Shown here piece after piece: positions 1 through 12,564 of a stretch of 64,000 nt of DNA. The notes under the pieces are model-generated. The model was not told the DNA's origin, searched no databases, and saw only the letters and a program-made list of their open reading frames with translations. Numbering within the stretch: the stretch's first letter is position 1; the number at the start of each line of letters is the position of its first letter. Source of the stretch: Escherichia coli (GTDB lineage Bacteria > Pseudomonadota > Gammaproteobacteria > Enterobacterales > Enterobacteriaceae). Where the stretch lies: NCBI RefSeq assembly GCF_003334815.1, contig NZ_QOWO01000014.1; one strand, written 5' to 3'. The translations under genes and the position numbers were made by a program.

Positions 1-87
1 TCAGATTCATCAGCATACTGTCATGACCCGCCACCGGGATAACCTGCATTTCAGTAACAACAGGCGTCGTAAATTGAGAACTCATAT
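1..87 (-). CDS. gudD: Glucarate dehydratase, N-terminal 29 codons only (gene runs off the window start)
   Basis: Reverse complement of 1..87 translates [28 protein letters not shown], closely paralogous to the gudX N-terminus; lies downstream of gudP-gudX on the same strand. Confidence 0.8.
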
Positions 88-105
88 TTATGTCCTTTTT
101 CAGAA

Positions 106-1446
106 TCAATGACGGCCGAAAACGGGACGTTTACGGTCAAAGGTCCAGCCGGGGATCAGGTACTGCATCGGACCTGCGTCGTTACGCGCACCGCCAGGCA
201 GACGTTTATAGGCCTCATGTGCCTTTTGTACCTGTTCCCAGTCCAGTTCCACGCCCAGACCGGGCGCATCAGGAACGGCAATTTTTCCGTTTTTAATCTC
301 CAGCGGATTTTGGGTCAGGCGACAATCGCCCTCCTGCCAAATCCAGTGGGTATCGATAGCGGTAGGATTACCCGGTGCCGCCGCGCCCACATGGGTAAAC
401 ATCGCCAGAGAGATATCGAAATGGTTATTAGAATGGCAGCCCCAGGTCAGCCCCCAGTCGTCGCAAAGCTGCGCCACACGGACTGCACCGGAAAGCGTCC
501 AGAAGTGCGGATCGGCAAGTGGAATATCTACCGCATTGAGCATCACCGCATGACCCATTTCGCGCCAGTTGGTGGCGATCATGTTAGTCGCGACGGGCAA
601 GCCGGTCGCCCGTCGAAATTCCGCCATCACTTCACGTCCGGAGAAGCCCTGTTCTGCGCCGCATGGATCTTCGGCATAGGTAAGAACATCATTCAGCCCT
701 TTGCATAAAGAAATGGCTTCATCAAGCAGCCATGCACCGTTGGGATCAACGGTAATCCGCGCATCCGGGAAGCGTTTCTTCAATGCACGAACAGTGTCGA
801 TTTCTTGCTCGCCAGGTAACACGCCGCCCTTAAGTTTGAAATCTTTAAAGCCGTAGCGATCCTGTGAGGCTTCCGCCAGACGCACAACGGCTTCGCTGTT
901 CATTGCTTTCTGATGCCGCAACTGATACCACTCATGGTTGCCCGGCGTATTTTCCACATAAGGAAGATCGGTTTTGGTCCGATCACCGATATAAAACAGA
1001 TAACCGAGGACGGTAATAGCCTCGCGTTGCTTGCCTGGCCCTAACAGTTCGCAGACCGGAACATTCAGCGCCTTACCTAGCAGGTCAAGCAAAGCGGCTT
1101 CCAGCGCCGCCACGGCGTTAACGCGTAATTCAAAGGTCCAGGCACCTTTACCGAAGGTATCAAAATCGGCGGCCTGATTACCTTTATGCACCTGCTGGAC
1201 CACTTTATTCAGTCGCGCAACTTCCTGGCCCAGAACCATCGGAATAGCATCGACAAGCGTCTGATAAATCACATCTCCGCCCGGCGCTTCACCAATGCCG
1301 GTATGCCCGGCGTTATCGGTGAGTACCACAATATTGCGGGTGAAATATGCGTTATGTGCCCCACCAATATTAAGCAACATGCTGTCATGCCCGGCCACCG
1401 GAATGACTTTCATATCAGTAATAACAGGACTGGATTGTGTCGCCAT
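106..1446 (-). CDS. gudX: Glucarate dehydratase-related protein (enolase superfamily)
   Basis: ORF track 106..1461; product begins [24 protein letters not shown], so I trim the start to the ATG at 1446; 1 nt from gudP stop. Confidence 0.88.
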   Translation of the reverse strand: MATQSSPVITDMKVIPVAGHDSMLLNIGGAHNAYFTRNIVVLTDNAGHTGIGEAPGGDVIYQTLVDAIPMVLGQEVARLNKVVQQVHKGNQAADFDTFGKGAWTFELRVNAVAALEAALLDLLGKALNVPVCELLGPGKQREAITVLGYLFYIGDRTKTDLPYVENTPGNHEWYQLRHQKAMNSEAVVRLAEASQDRYGFKDFKLKGGVLPGEQEIDTVRALKKRFPDARITVDPNGAWLLDEAISLCKGLNDVLTYAEDPCGAEQGFSGREVMAEFRRATGLPVATNMIATNWREMGHAVMLNAVDIPLADPHFWTLSGAVRVAQLCDDWGLTWGCHSNNHFDISLAMFTHVGAAAPGNPTAIDTHWIWQEGDCRLTQNPLEIKNGKIAVPDAPGLGVELDWEQVQKAHEAYKRLPGGARNDAGPMQYLIPGWTFDRKRPVFGRH

Positions 1447-1447
1447 C

Positions 1448-2800
1448 TTATTGCCCCGCAACAGGTTTCAACTCGATACGCTTGATATCGCCCACCAGCA
1501 CCAGGTAGCTCAGTACCGCGATTAAGGCATGAACACCAACATAAATCAGCGCCCCATTAAACGAGCCAGTCGTGCCAACGATATAACCAATTGCGATTGG
1601 CGTGACGATGCCAGAAATGTTACCGAACATGTTGAACAGGCCACCGGAAAGACCGCTGATCTCTTTTGGCGCGGTATCTGCCATTACTGCCCAACCCAGC
1701 GCCCCGATGCCCTTACCGAAGAAGGCCAGCGCCATAAAGCCGATGATCATCCACTCAACGTTGACGTAGTTGCAGAACACCATCACCATCGACAGCAACA
1801 TGCCCATTACGATCGGTGTTTTACGCGCAATGTTCAGCGATCCCGTGCGGCGCATCAGCCAGTCGGAAATAATCCCACCCAGCACACCGCCGATAAAACC
1901 GCAAACCGCCGGAACGGAAGCCACAAAGCCCGCTTTCAGAATCGACATCCCGCGTGCCTGCACCAGATAAACCGGGAACCAGGTAATAAAGAAGTAAGTC
2001 AGGGCGTTGATACAGTACTGACCGATATAAACGCCGATCATCATCCGTGACCCTAGCAGCTGTTTGATCTGCCCCCACTTCACGCTGAACGGCACTTTAA
2101 CTTTGGTGTTTTGCTGATCCATATTGATCAGCGCACCACCCGCGGCGATGTACTCCAGCTCTTTCTTATTTACCCCCGGATGTTGATTTGGCTCGTGGAT
2201 GACTTTCAACCAGATAAAGCTGATGACAATCCCCAGACCGCCCATAAAGAAGAAGACGTGTGACCAGCCCACTTCATGCGTCAGCCAGCCCATAATCGGC
2301 GCGAAGATCACCGTTGCGAAGTATTGAGCGGAGTTAAAAATCGACACCGCCGTTCCCCTTTCCTGCGCCGGAAACCAGGCCGCAACAATGCGACTGTTGC
2401 CGGGGAAAGATGGCGCTTCAGCAAGCCCGACCAGGAAGCGCAGCGTAAACAGGGCAACGATAATGCCGAATCCACTAAAGATATCGACGAAGCCTTGCAG
2501 CAAGGTAAACATCGACCAGATAAAGATCGACCAGAAGTAGACGCGTTTTGAACCAAAACGGTCCAGCAACCAGCCACCAGGGATCTGCCCGATAACATAA
2601 GCCCATGAGAAAGCAGAGAACACATAGCCCATTCCCACGGGATCAAGGCCGATATCTTTGGCCATTTCCGAACCGGCGATAGAGAGCGTAGCGCGGTCGC
2701 CGTAGTTGAAGGATGTGACGATAAACAACATCACCACTATCCAGTAACGAGCATTTGTGCGTTTTTCCACACTGCTCGCAGCCTGACTTAAAGAACTCAT
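1448..2800 (-). CDS. gudP: MFS transporter, D-glucarate/galactarate permease
   Basis: 450-aa ORF with 12-TM hydrophobic profile and MFS motif GDRATLS...; first gene of gudP-gudX-gudD. Confidence 0.9.
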   Translation of the reverse strand: MSSLSQAASSVEKRTNARYWIVVMLFIVTSFNYGDRATLSIAGSEMAKDIGLDPVGMGYVFSAFSWAYVIGQIPGGWLLDRFGSKRVYFWSIFIWSMFTLLQGFVDIFSGFGIIVALFTLRFLVGLAEAPSFPGNSRIVAAWFPAQERGTAVSIFNSAQYFATVIFAPIMGWLTHEVGWSHVFFFMGGLGIVISFIWLKVIHEPNQHPGVNKKELEYIAAGGALINMDQQNTKVKVPFSVKWGQIKQLLGSRMMIGVYIGQYCINALTYFFITWFPVYLVQARGMSILKAGFVASVPAVCGFIGGVLGGIISDWLMRRTGSLNIARKTPIVMGMLLSMVMVFCNYVNVEWMIIGFMALAFFGKGIGALGWAVMADTAPKEISGLSGGLFNMFGNISGIVTPIAIGYIVGTTGSFNGALIYVGVHALIAVLSYLVLVGDIKRIELKPVAGQ

Positions 2801-3234
2801 TGTTGCACTCCTGAAAATTCGCGTTAGCCACGCTCACTCTGGACTGCGACATCGCCAGGAAATCAGAGGTGACGTAGGGTGTTTTTTGCCGTTTTTATAG
2901 GTCGTTCGCCGAATACGGCGCGTGTTTATATCTGGCAATAGCAGTATAAAAAGCGCGCCATAGCGGCTCACCGTGCAACAACACAACATTAATGCGTTCA
3001 ATGAGGCCCGATTTTGGCATTAGCCCTGGACGGTGGAATCCACTTCACGGAAATGAAAACAAGAACAAGAAAGGAAGGGTTAAAACGAAGAAATAAAGAA
3101 GAGTATGAAATGGATCGCTTGACTCCAGGCAAACGCCAGTAAAAATCCGCGCTATGAAGCAGTTTTTACTGGCATTTGCCTGAAAAGATTCGATTCAGCA
3201 CCGCTAAAACGACATTTACCGCTCGCTGAACATA

Positions 3235-3684
3235 TCAGGACAACAGCGTGCCCCACTGTTCGACCCACGGATTTGATTCCGTTTCCGGTTCCGGGTTCTC
3301 ACTGGCGTCAATCAACAGCATTTCGCCAACCCGCTGAGCGCTCTGTTCCTGCAACAAGGCATCGAACTGTTTGCCGCCATTGCAGAAATTCACATAACTA
3401 CTGTCGCCGAGCGCAATCACGCCATAACGCAGATTCGGCTGGAAGCCCAGACTATCTTTGATTCCCTGAAAGAGTGGCACAATGCTATCAGGAAGGTCGC
3501 CCTGCCCGGTCGTGGACGTAACCACCAGAACATACTTATCCTGATAGGGCAGCCAGTCGCTTAATTCAGGATCTTCAAATACCGTTGCTTTGTGGCCCTG
3601 CGCGGTCAGAATCGCTTCCGCTTCTTCGGCCACTAACAGTGAATTCCCGTACATGGTGCCGACAAAAATACCAATTTCCGCCAT
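3235..3684 (-). CDS. yqcA: Flavodoxin-like protein
   Basis: 149-aa ORF, N-terminal [15 protein letters not shown] and [11 protein letters not shown] flavodoxin FMN-binding signatures. Confidence 0.88.
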
Positions 3685-3701
3685 ACCGTTTTCTCCCTGG
3701 A

Positions 3702-4484
3702 TTAGGAACTTATCTCTCCATCCTGACCCGATGGCGCACTGAACTCAACCCTTTCATTTTCAGGAAGCAGACCGCGCCAGCCAAATTGTGATAACGCCTG
3801 CATCCAGGTGTCGTCCAGGCCCGCGTGAATAGTCAGCGGCTCGCCAGTAAAAGGATGCGTCAATGACAACTGACTGGCATGTAGCATTAACCGCTGGAGG
3901 CCAAAATGCTCAGCACCGCTGCGATTCTGGCGTAAATCGCCATGTTTGCTATCGCCAATAATCGGATGACGCAAATGGGCAAGATGTCGGCGAAGCTGAT
4001 GTTTGCGTCCGGTTTTCGGCTCCAGTTCCACCAGGCCGTAGCGCGTGGTCGGGTAACGTCCGGTCGCTACCGGCATTTCTACGGTCGCCAGACCGCGATA
4101 ATGCGTCACTGCTGGCTGCGGGCCTTTATCTTCGCGGGCAAATTTATCAGCGATTTTGTCCAGTTCTTCCACCAGTGGATAATCCAGCACCGCTTCTTCC
4201 ATCAACCAGCCGCGCACAATCGCATGGTAACGTTTCTGGATTTGGTGCTGTTCAAACTGTTGTGCCAGCAGCCGTCCGGCCTCGCTGGATAATCCCATCA
4301 ACAACACACCAGAAGTGGGTCGGTCCAGACGATGAGCAGTAAAAACATGCTGGCCTATCTGGTCACGCACGGTTTGCATGACCACTACTTTCTCGTCGCG
4401 ATCCAGCCAGCTGCGGTGAACCAGCCAGCCGGAGGGTTTATTTACCGCAACCAGCCATTCATCCTGATAGAGTATTTCCAGCAT
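3702..4484 (-). CDS. truC: tRNA pseudouridine(65) synthase (RluA family)
   Basis: 260-aa ORF with RluA-family motif [13 protein letters not shown]; overlaps yqcC stop by 1 nt. Confidence 0.88.
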
Positions 4485-4813
4485 TAGCTCGCATCATCCG
4501 CAAAAAGAGCATCCAGTTTTTCCAGCTCAGCCAGAATAAGCGCGCGTTGCGGATGGTCCGTCGCCAGCGCCATTTCATAATAGGGTGCAACGGCAAAAGC
4601 GCCCGGTAACGGCTGTTTGTTATCTAACAAATCGTGCATTCGCGGGATCAGCACCCACTGCAACCACTCCAGTGGTTCCATGGTGTCCATAAAGAACGGT
4701 TGGGTACTATTAAATTGATGCGGCTGGGGTTCATCGTTTCGCCAGTGCTGATGTTCACGCAGTAACGCTTCAAGCGCCTGCAACTGGAGACGAACGCGGT
4801 CATGAGTGGTCAT
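4484..4813 (-). CDS. yqcC: DUF446 family protein
   Basis: 109-aa ORF MTTHDRVRLQLQALEALLREHQHW...; position between truC and csrB. Confidence 0.82.
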   Translation of the reverse strand: MTTHDRVRLQLQALEALLREHQHWRNDEPQPHQFNSTQPFFMDTMEPLEWLQWVLIPRMHDLLDNKQPLPGAFAVAPYYEMALATDHPQRALILAELEKLDALFADDAS

Positions 4814-4855
4814 AAAGCAACCTCAATAAGAAAAACTGCCGCGAAGGATAGCAGG

Positions 4856-5224
4856 AATAAAAAAAGGGAGCACTGTATTCACAGCGCTCCCGGTTCGTTT
4901 CGCAGCATTCCAGCTACTTTTGTTGCTCCCTGCTCATCCTTGACAACTTTTCCTCTGGCCTTGCGGCCAATCGTTCATCCTGAACTATTGCTTCCTGCTC
5001 ACACCACCCCGATGTGATACTTCATCCTGAAGTGTCCCTGGCCTTCCTGACCCACCGAATCATCCTGACCGGTTCTCATTCTCCATCCTGGAGGTGTCCT
5101 TTAACGCGTCCTGCGTCATCCTCTTCGCTTCATCCAGAAGCCTTTCCCTGAAACACCATCCTGGTGTGTCCTGCAGAAGTGTCATCATCCTGATGTTCAC
5201 TTCGTTGTCTGACTCCCTGTCGAC
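4856..5224 (-). ncRNA. csrB: CsrB small RNA (CsrA-sequestering); ends approximate to within about 5 nt
   Basis: Minus strand carries about 18 repeats of CAGGA(U/A)G / AGGA motifs (seen as catcctg / tcctg on plus strand 4930..5220) and ends in a GC hairpin plus U-run (plus 4857..4889); no credible ORF. Confidence 0.85.
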
Positions 5225-5397
5225 GAAGATAGAATCGTCTTTTTCGCGAAGTCTTACAAGGCGCTTACAGACAATGCCTTAAGGAAAATTTCATATGAAA
5301 GTTAAGAATTAACAATCAACATTTTGATTTTAAATGAAAATAACGATTCTTATCTTTTTAAGTATTCGCTTATTTCCTGGCGATCTCCTACAGAGTC

Positions 5398-5415
5398 TGT
5401 AAGAGATCTCTCACA
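5398..5415. promoter_or_regulatory. 18-bp near-palindrome TGTAAGAGATCTCTCACA, matches the UvrY/SirA response-regulator site upstream of csrB
   Basis: Near-perfect inverted repeat about 175 bp upstream of the inferred csrB 5' end; recalled consensus TGTGAGAGATCTCTTACA. Confidence 0.6.
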
Positions 5416-5434
5416 ACCAGATGGGGTATTTGGA

Positions 5435-5980
5435 TTACAGAAGAGGCTTAAGTTGATTAAGGAATTCCGCAAGATTTGAGGCTAAATGCGTCCGTTTACG
5501 TGTTCCCAGCGTCTCTTTGCACACTTCACCGGAGAGATTACACACCGAGATGACCTCTAACTCTTCTTCCAGCGTCGCGATAAATAGTGTGGGCGGCAGT
5601 TTTAGCCTTTTCTGAGTCACCAGATGACCAATCAGATTTTCCTGCACCCGACGGAAGTCGTCTTCACTCCAGGTTTGCAGCAATGTCAGTTTGATATCGC
5701 CAAACTGCGCGTGCATATCCCCGGCAAACTGAGTCGTATAAAAGGTATGAATTGTGGGTTGTATCACAATATCAAAAGCGCGTTCAACCGCGTTTACATT
5801 TTGTTCCCCGGTAAACGGCTGGGGTTGCCAGTATACGGCATCTTCGGTAGTTGAAATAATGCACGGTGAAGGAACACCGTACAGTTCCTCACTTAACGGC
5901 CAGCTTTTATGCTCTTCATGCCACGCATCGCAGTAGCGTGCAGTAAAATCTTTCAGGGCTTGTGCGGTCAAATCGTCCAC
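5435..5980 (-). CDS. syd: SecY-interacting protein Syd
   Basis: 181-aa [43 protein letters not shown]... Confidence 0.88.
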
Positions 5981-6047
5981 TAATTTCTCTCTTCACTTAA
6001 ACCAGATACACTTGTCGTTTAGTTTATCTGGTTTATGACGGTGAAAC

Positions 6048-6896
6048 ATGTCTTCTTATGCAAACCATCAGGCACTTGCGGGCCTGACTCTTGGAAAATC
6101 AACCGATTACCGGGATACCTATGACGCCAGCCTACTGCAAGGCGTTCCACGCAGCCTGAATCGCGACCCGCTGGGTCTGAAAGCGGATAACCTGCCTTTT
6201 CACGGTACGGATATCTGGACGCTGTATGAACTTTCCTGGCTGAATGCGAAAGGTTTGCCGCAGGTCGCTGTCGGTCATGTTGAACTTGATTACACCAGCG
6301 TAAATCTGATTGAGTCGAAGAGTTTTAAGCTCTATCTCAACAGTTTTAACCAGACGCGTTTTAATAACTGGGATGAGGTGCGCCAGACGCTGGAGCGCGA
6401 CTTAAGCACTTGCGCTCAGGGTAAGATTAGCGTGGCGTTATATCGTCTTGATGAACTGGAAGGCCAGCCGATAGGTCATTTTAATGGCACTTGCATTGAT
6501 GACCAGGATATCACTATCGATAACTATGAATTCACTACTGACTATCTGGAGAATGCCACCTGTGGTGAAAAAGTAGTGGAAGAGACGCTTGTCAGCCACC
6601 TGCTGAAATCAAACTGCCTGATCACCCATCAACCAGATTGGGGTTCGCTCCAAATTCAGTATCGTGGACGCCAAATTGACAGAGAAAAACTGCTGCGTTA
6701 CCTGGTCTCATTCCGTCATCACAACGAGTTCCACGAACAGTGCGTGGAACGCATCTTTAATGACCTGTTACGCTTCTGCCAGCCAGAAAAATTGAGCGTT
6801 TACGCACGTTATACCCGTCGTGGCGGTCTGGACATTAACCCGTGGCGCAGTAATAGCGATTTTGTCCCATCGACCACAAGACTGGTTCGGCAATAA
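6048..6896 (+). CDS. queF: NADPH-dependent 7-cyano-7-deazaguanine (preQ0) reductase
   Basis: 282-aa [38 protein letters not shown]...; two-domain QueF type. Confidence 0.9.
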   Translation: MSSYANHQALAGLTLGKSTDYRDTYDASLLQGVPRSLNRDPLGLKADNLPFHGTDIWTLYELSWLNAKGLPQVAVGHVELDYTSVNLIESKSFKLYLNSFNQTRFNNWDEVRQTLERDLSTCAQGKISVALYRLDELEGQPIGHFNGTCIDDQDITIDNYEFTTDYLENATCGEKVVEETLVSHLLKSNCLITHQPDWGSLQIQYRGRQIDREKLLRYLVSFRHHNEFHEQCVERIFNDLLRFCQPEKLSVYARYTRRGGLDINPWRSNSDFVPSTTRLVRQ

Positions 6897-7007
6897 ATTT
6901 TTTCTCAATTTTGCGTGCTGGATTCACGCAGAAGGTTGTGAAAGGTCATCAGGCAGGGCTATTGTAATCAAAGGGAATGACGATATTCGTCCCATAAGGA
7001 GTTTTTC

Positions 7008-8372
7008 TTGATTACACATATTAGCCCGCTTGGCTCCATGGATATGTTGTCGCAGCTGGAAGTGGATATGCTTAAACGCACCGCCAGCAGCGACCTCTAT
7101 CAACTGTTTCGCAACTGTTCACTTGCCGTACTGAACTCCGGTAGTTTGACCGATAACAGCAAAGAATTGCTGTCTCGTTTTGAAAATTTCGATATTAACG
7201 TCTTGCGCCGTGAACGCGGCGTAAAGCTGGAACTGATTAATCCCCCGGAAGAGGCTTTTGTCGATGGGCGAATTATTCGCGCTTTGCAGGCCAACTTGTT
7301 CGCGGTCCTGCGTGACATTCTCTTCGTTTACGGGCAAATCCATAACACCGTTCGTTTTCCCAACCTGAATCTCGACAACTCCGTCCACATCACTAACCTG
7401 GTCTTTTCCATCTTGCGTAACGCTCGCGCGCTGCATGTGGGTGAAGCGCCAAATATGGTGGTCTGCTGGGGCGGTCACTCAATTAACGAAAACGAGTATT
7501 TGTATGCCCGTCGCGTCGGAAACCAGCTGGGCCTGCGTGAGCTGAATATCTGCACCGGCTGTGGTCCGGGAGCGATGGAAGCGCCGATGAAAGGTGCTGC
7601 GGTCGGACACGCGCAGCAGCGTTACAAAGACAGTCGTTTTATTGGTATGACAGAGCCGTCGATTATCGCCGCTGAACCGCCTAACCCGCTGGTCAACGAA
7701 TTGATCATCATGCCAGATATCGAAAAACGTCTGGAAGCGTTTGTCCGTATCGCTCACGGTATCATTATCTTCCCTGGCGGTGTGGGTACGGCAGAAGAGT
7801 TGCTCTATTTGCTGGGAATTTTAATGAACCCGGCCAACAAAGATCAGGTTTTACCATTGATCCTCACCGGCCCGAAAGAGAGCGCCGACTACTTCCGCGT
7901 ACTGGACGAGTTTGTCGTGCATACGCTGGGTGAAAACGCGCGCCGCCATTACCGCATCATCATTGATGACGCAGCTGAAGTCGCTCGTCAGATGAAAAAA
8001 TCGATGCCGCTGGTGAAAGAAAATCGCCGTGATACAGGCGATGCCTACAGCTTTAACTGGTCAATGCGCATTGCGCCAGATTTGCAAATGCCGTTTGAGC
8101 CGTCTCACGAGAATATGGCTAATCTGAAGCTTTACCCGGATCAACCTGTTGAAGTGCTGGCTGCCGACCTGCGCCGTGCGTTCTCCGGTATTGTGGCGGG
8201 TAACGTAAAAGAAGTCGGTATTCGCGCCATTGAAGAGTTTGGTCCTTACAAAATCAACGGCGATAAAGAGATTATGCGTCGTATGGACGACCTGCTACAG
8301 GGTTTTGTTGCCCAGCATCGTATGAAGTTGCCAGGCTCAGCCTACATCCCTTGCTACGAAATCTGCACGTAA
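7008..8372 (+). CDS. ppnN: Nucleotide 5'-monophosphate nucleosidase (LOG-family, YgdH)
   Basis: 454-aa ORF starting at TTG 7008 with AAGGAG Shine-Dalgarno at 6996..7001; LOG motif [10 protein letters not shown]. Confidence 0.88.
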
Positions 8373-8928
8373 TCTCCGCTCCCCCGGTGACGTTTGTTGC
8401 CGGGTTTTCTCGTTTTTGGTCACTTACTCATCAACTCATTTCATTTGTTATATGAATGTTTCTTACCACCCTCACGCGACAAATATCATCACAGTTAATA
8501 TGTCATACAATTTATGTTGCAACGCAAACGTTTCCCTATTTTCATAAACCGTATTTTATCGCTATGAAAAAGAAATTATCGCCATGATTAACTAAAAGTA
8601 TTGATTTTTTCAGTTCAACCTACATATATTGCGCGCCCCGGAAGAAGTCAGATGTCGTTTAATGGGCAAATATTGCCCTTAAATTCTCTTTTACTTTTGA
8701 TTTACAGAGTAAAGCGTTGGGATAATCTATCTTCCAAGTAGATTATTGTATTTGAGATCAAGATCACTGATAGATACATAACTTGTGTGTATCTTTCCGC
8801 CCTCAAATTATTACGGCGGTAAATGATTAAGCCATCGCCGATAGACAGATTTCATTTTTACGGTCAGGCACCTTCCCGGGCTGAACTGGCTAAAAGCTGA
8901 ATTATTTGCATTCCTCCAGGAGAAATAG

Positions 8929-10218
8929 ATGGAAACGACTCAAACCAGCACGATTGCGTCGAAAGACTCTCGTAGTGCCTGGCGCAAGACAGACACCATG
9001 TGGATGCTGGGCCTTTACGGCACGGCAATCGGCGCGGGCGTGCTGTTCCTGCCAATCAACGCCGGTGTTGGCGGTATGATCCCGCTGATCATCATGGCTA
9101 TCCTTGCGTTCCCGATGACGTTTTTTGCTCACCGCGGCCTGACTCGCTTCGTACTGTCTGGTAAAAACCCGGGCGAAGACATCACCGAGGTTGTAGAAGA
9201 ACACTTTGGTATTGGCGCAGGTAAACTGATTACCCTGCTCTACTTCTTCGCTATCTACCCGATCCTGCTGGTTTATAGCGTGGCAATCACCAATACCGTT
9301 GAAAGCTTCATGTCTCACCAGCTGGGTATGACGCCACCGCCGCGTGCGATTCTATCGCTGATCCTGATCGTGGGTATGATGACCATCGTTCGCTTCGGTG
9401 AGCAGATGATCGTTAAAGCGATGAGTATTCTGGTATTCCCGTTTGTTGGCGTACTGATGCTGCTGGCTCTGTACCTGATCCCGCAGTGGAACGGCGCTGC
9501 ACTGGAAACGCTGTCTCTGGACACTGCATCTGCAACCGGAAACGGTCTGTGGATGACCCTGTGGCTGGCAATTCCGGTAATGGTGTTCTCGTTCAACCAC
9601 TCTCCGATCATCTCTTCTTTCGCCGTTGCGAAGCGTGAAGAGTACGGCGATATGGCAGAACAGAAATGCTCGAAGATCCTGGCATTCGCACACATCATGA
9701 TGGTGCTGACCGTAATGTTCTTCGTCTTCAGCTGTGTACTGAGCCTGACTCCGGCAGACCTGGCTGCGGCTAAAGAGCAGAACATCTCGATTCTGTCTTA
9801 CCTGGCTAACCACTTTAACGCACCGGTTATCGCGTGGATGGCTCCGATTATCGCGATTATCGCTATCACCAAATCCTTCCTCGGTCACTACCTGGGCGCA
9901 CGTGAAGGCTTCAACGGTATGGTGATTAAATCTCTGCGTGGTAAAGGTAAGTCTATCGAAATCAACAAGCTGAACCGTATCACTGCGCTGTTCATGCTGG
10001 TAACGACCTGGATTGTTGCCACCCTGAACCCGAGCATCCTGGGTATGATTGAAACCCTGGGCGGTCCAATCATCGCGATGATCCTGTTCCTGATGCCGAT
10101 GTACGCAATTCAGAAAGTACCGGCAATGCGTAAGTACAGCGGTCACATCAGCAACGTATTCGTTGTCGTGATGGGTCTGATTGCAATCTCCGCAATCTTC
10201 TACTCTCTGTTCAGCTAA
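8929..10218 (+). CDS. sdaC: Serine:H+ symporter (HAAAP family)
   Basis: 429-aa polytopic membrane [45 protein letters not shown]... Confidence 0.92.
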   Translation: METTQTSTIASKDSRSAWRKTDTMWMLGLYGTAIGAGVLFLPINAGVGGMIPLIIMAILAFPMTFFAHRGLTRFVLSGKNPGEDITEVVEEHFGIGAGKLITLLYFFAIYPILLVYSVAITNTVESFMSHQLGMTPPPRAILSLILIVGMMTIVRFGEQMIVKAMSILVFPFVGVLMLLALYLIPQWNGAALETLSLDTASATGNGLWMTLWLAIPVMVFSFNHSPIISSFAVAKREEYGDMAEQKCSKILAFAHIMMVLTVMFFVFSCVLSLTPADLAAAKEQNISILSYLANHFNAPVIAWMAPIIAIIAITKSFLGHYLGAREGFNGMVIKSLRGKGKSIEINKLNRITALFMLVTTWIVATLNPSILGMIETLGGPIIAMILFLMPMYAIQKVPAMRKYSGHISNVFVVVMGLIAISAIFYSLFS

Positions 10219-10275
10219 GTCCTTTCGCGCCGCTTTCGGGCGGCGCTTCCTCCGTTTTAACGCGATGTATTTCCT

Positions 10276-11643
10276 ATGATTAGCGTATTCGATATTTTCA
10301 AAATCGGCATTGGCCCTTCCAGTTCTCATACCGTTGGACCAATGAAAGCGGGTAAACAATTTACCGACGATCTGATTGCCCGTAACCTGCTTAAAGACGT
10401 GACCCGCGTGGTGGTTGACGTGTACGGCTCGCTCTCTCTGACCGGTAAAGGCCACCACACTGATATCGCCATTATTATGGGCCTGGCGGGTAACCTGCCG
10501 GATACCGTGGATATCGATTCCATCCCCAGTTTTATTCAGGATGTGAATACTCATGGTCGCCTGATGCTGGCAAACGGTCAGCATGAAGTGGAGTTCCCGG
10601 TTGATCAGTGCATGAACTTCCACGCCGACAACCTTTCTCTGCATGAAAACGGTATGCGCATTACCGCGCTGGCGGGCGATAAAGTCGTTTACAGCCAGAC
10701 TTACTACTCTATTGGCGGTGGCTTTATCGTTGATGAAGAGCATTTTGGCCAGCAGGATAGCGCACCGGTTGAAGTTCCTTATCCGTACAGTTCAGCAGCC
10801 GATCTGCAAAAACATTGTCAGGAAACCGGGCTGTCACTCTCTGGCCTGATGATGAAAAACGAGCTGGCGCTGCACAGCAAAGAAGAGCTGGAACAGCACC
10901 TGGCGAACGTCTGGGAAGTCATGCGCGGCGGTATTGAGCGCGGTATTTCCACCGAAGGCGTGTTGCCTGGCAAACTGCGCGTTCCACGCCGTGCTGCGGC
11001 ACTACGCCGGATGCTGGTCAGCCAGGATAAAACCACCACTGACCCGATGGCGGTTGTTGACTGGATCAACATGTTTGCACTGGCAGTGAACGAAGAGAAC
11101 GCTGCTGGCGGTCGCGTGGTGACTGCGCCGACTAACGGTGCGTGCGGGATTATCCCGGCAGTTCTGGCGTACTACGACAAGTTTATCCGCGAAGTGAACG
11201 CTAACTCACTGGCTCGTTACCTGCTGGTAGCCAGCGCCATTGGTTCTCTTTATAAGATGAACGCGTCGATTTCTGGTGCTGAAGTGGGTTGCCAGGGTGA
11301 AGTTGGCGTGGCGTGCTCAATGGCGGCGGCTGGTCTGGCAGAACTATTAGGCGCAAGCCCGGCGCAGGTGTGCATCGCGGCGGAAATCGCCATGGAGCAC
11401 AACCTCGGTCTGACGTGTGACCCGGTCGCCGGACAGGTACAGGTGCCATGCATCGAGCGTAACGCCATTGCGGCAGTAAAAGCGGTGAACGCCGCACGTA
11501 TGGCGCTGCGCCGTACCAGCGAGCCGCGCGTCTGCCTCGATAAAGTTATCGAAACCATGTACGAAACAGGTAAAGATATGAACGCCAAGTACCGCGAAAC
11601 CTCTCGCGGCGGCCTGGCAATGAAGATCGTTGCCTGCGATTAA
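10276..11643 (+). CDS. sdaB: L-serine dehydratase (Fe-S, single chain)
   Basis: 455-aa ORF MISVFDIFKIGIGPSSSHTVGPM...; immediately downstream of sdaC. Confidence 0.92.
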   Translation: MISVFDIFKIGIGPSSSHTVGPMKAGKQFTDDLIARNLLKDVTRVVVDVYGSLSLTGKGHHTDIAIIMGLAGNLPDTVDIDSIPSFIQDVNTHGRLMLANGQHEVEFPVDQCMNFHADNLSLHENGMRITALAGDKVVYSQTYYSIGGGFIVDEEHFGQQDSAPVEVPYPYSSAADLQKHCQETGLSLSGLMMKNELALHSKEELEQHLANVWEVMRGGIERGISTEGVLPGKLRVPRRAAALRRMLVSQDKTTTDPMAVVDWINMFALAVNEENAAGGRVVTAPTNGACGIIPAVLAYYDKFIREVNANSLARYLLVASAIGSLYKMNASISGAEVGCQGEVGVACSMAAAGLAELLGASPAQVCIAAEIAMEHNLGLTCDPVAGQVQVPCIERNAIAAVKAVNAARMALRRTSEPRVCLDKVIETMYETGKDMNAKYRETSRGGLAMKIVACD

Positions 11644-12510
<867 letters not shown>

Positions 12511-12564
12511 CGGCGAGCCGGATACGCCGCAAACGTCGTATCCGGCATTATCACATCAGCGCAT

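Noticed and set aside
4802-5282. Two plus-strand ORFs (71 and 62 aa) between yqcC and syd
   Set aside because: They overlap the csrB RNA on the opposite strand and are generated by its repetitive GGA-motif structure
8373-8928. 556-bp AT-rich region upstream of sdaC, considered as a possible sRNA or leader-peptide locus
   Set aside because: No terminator-like hairpin with U-run, no ORF with an SD, and only short imperfect palindromes; most simply a long promoter/UTR region with regulator sites
9352-10743. 463-aa ORF on the minus strand spanning sdaC/sdaB
   Set aside because: Entirely antisense to two well-supported genes; translation is low-complexity (His/Arg/Gln-rich) with no domain signature; a typical shadow ORF in a GC-rich coding region
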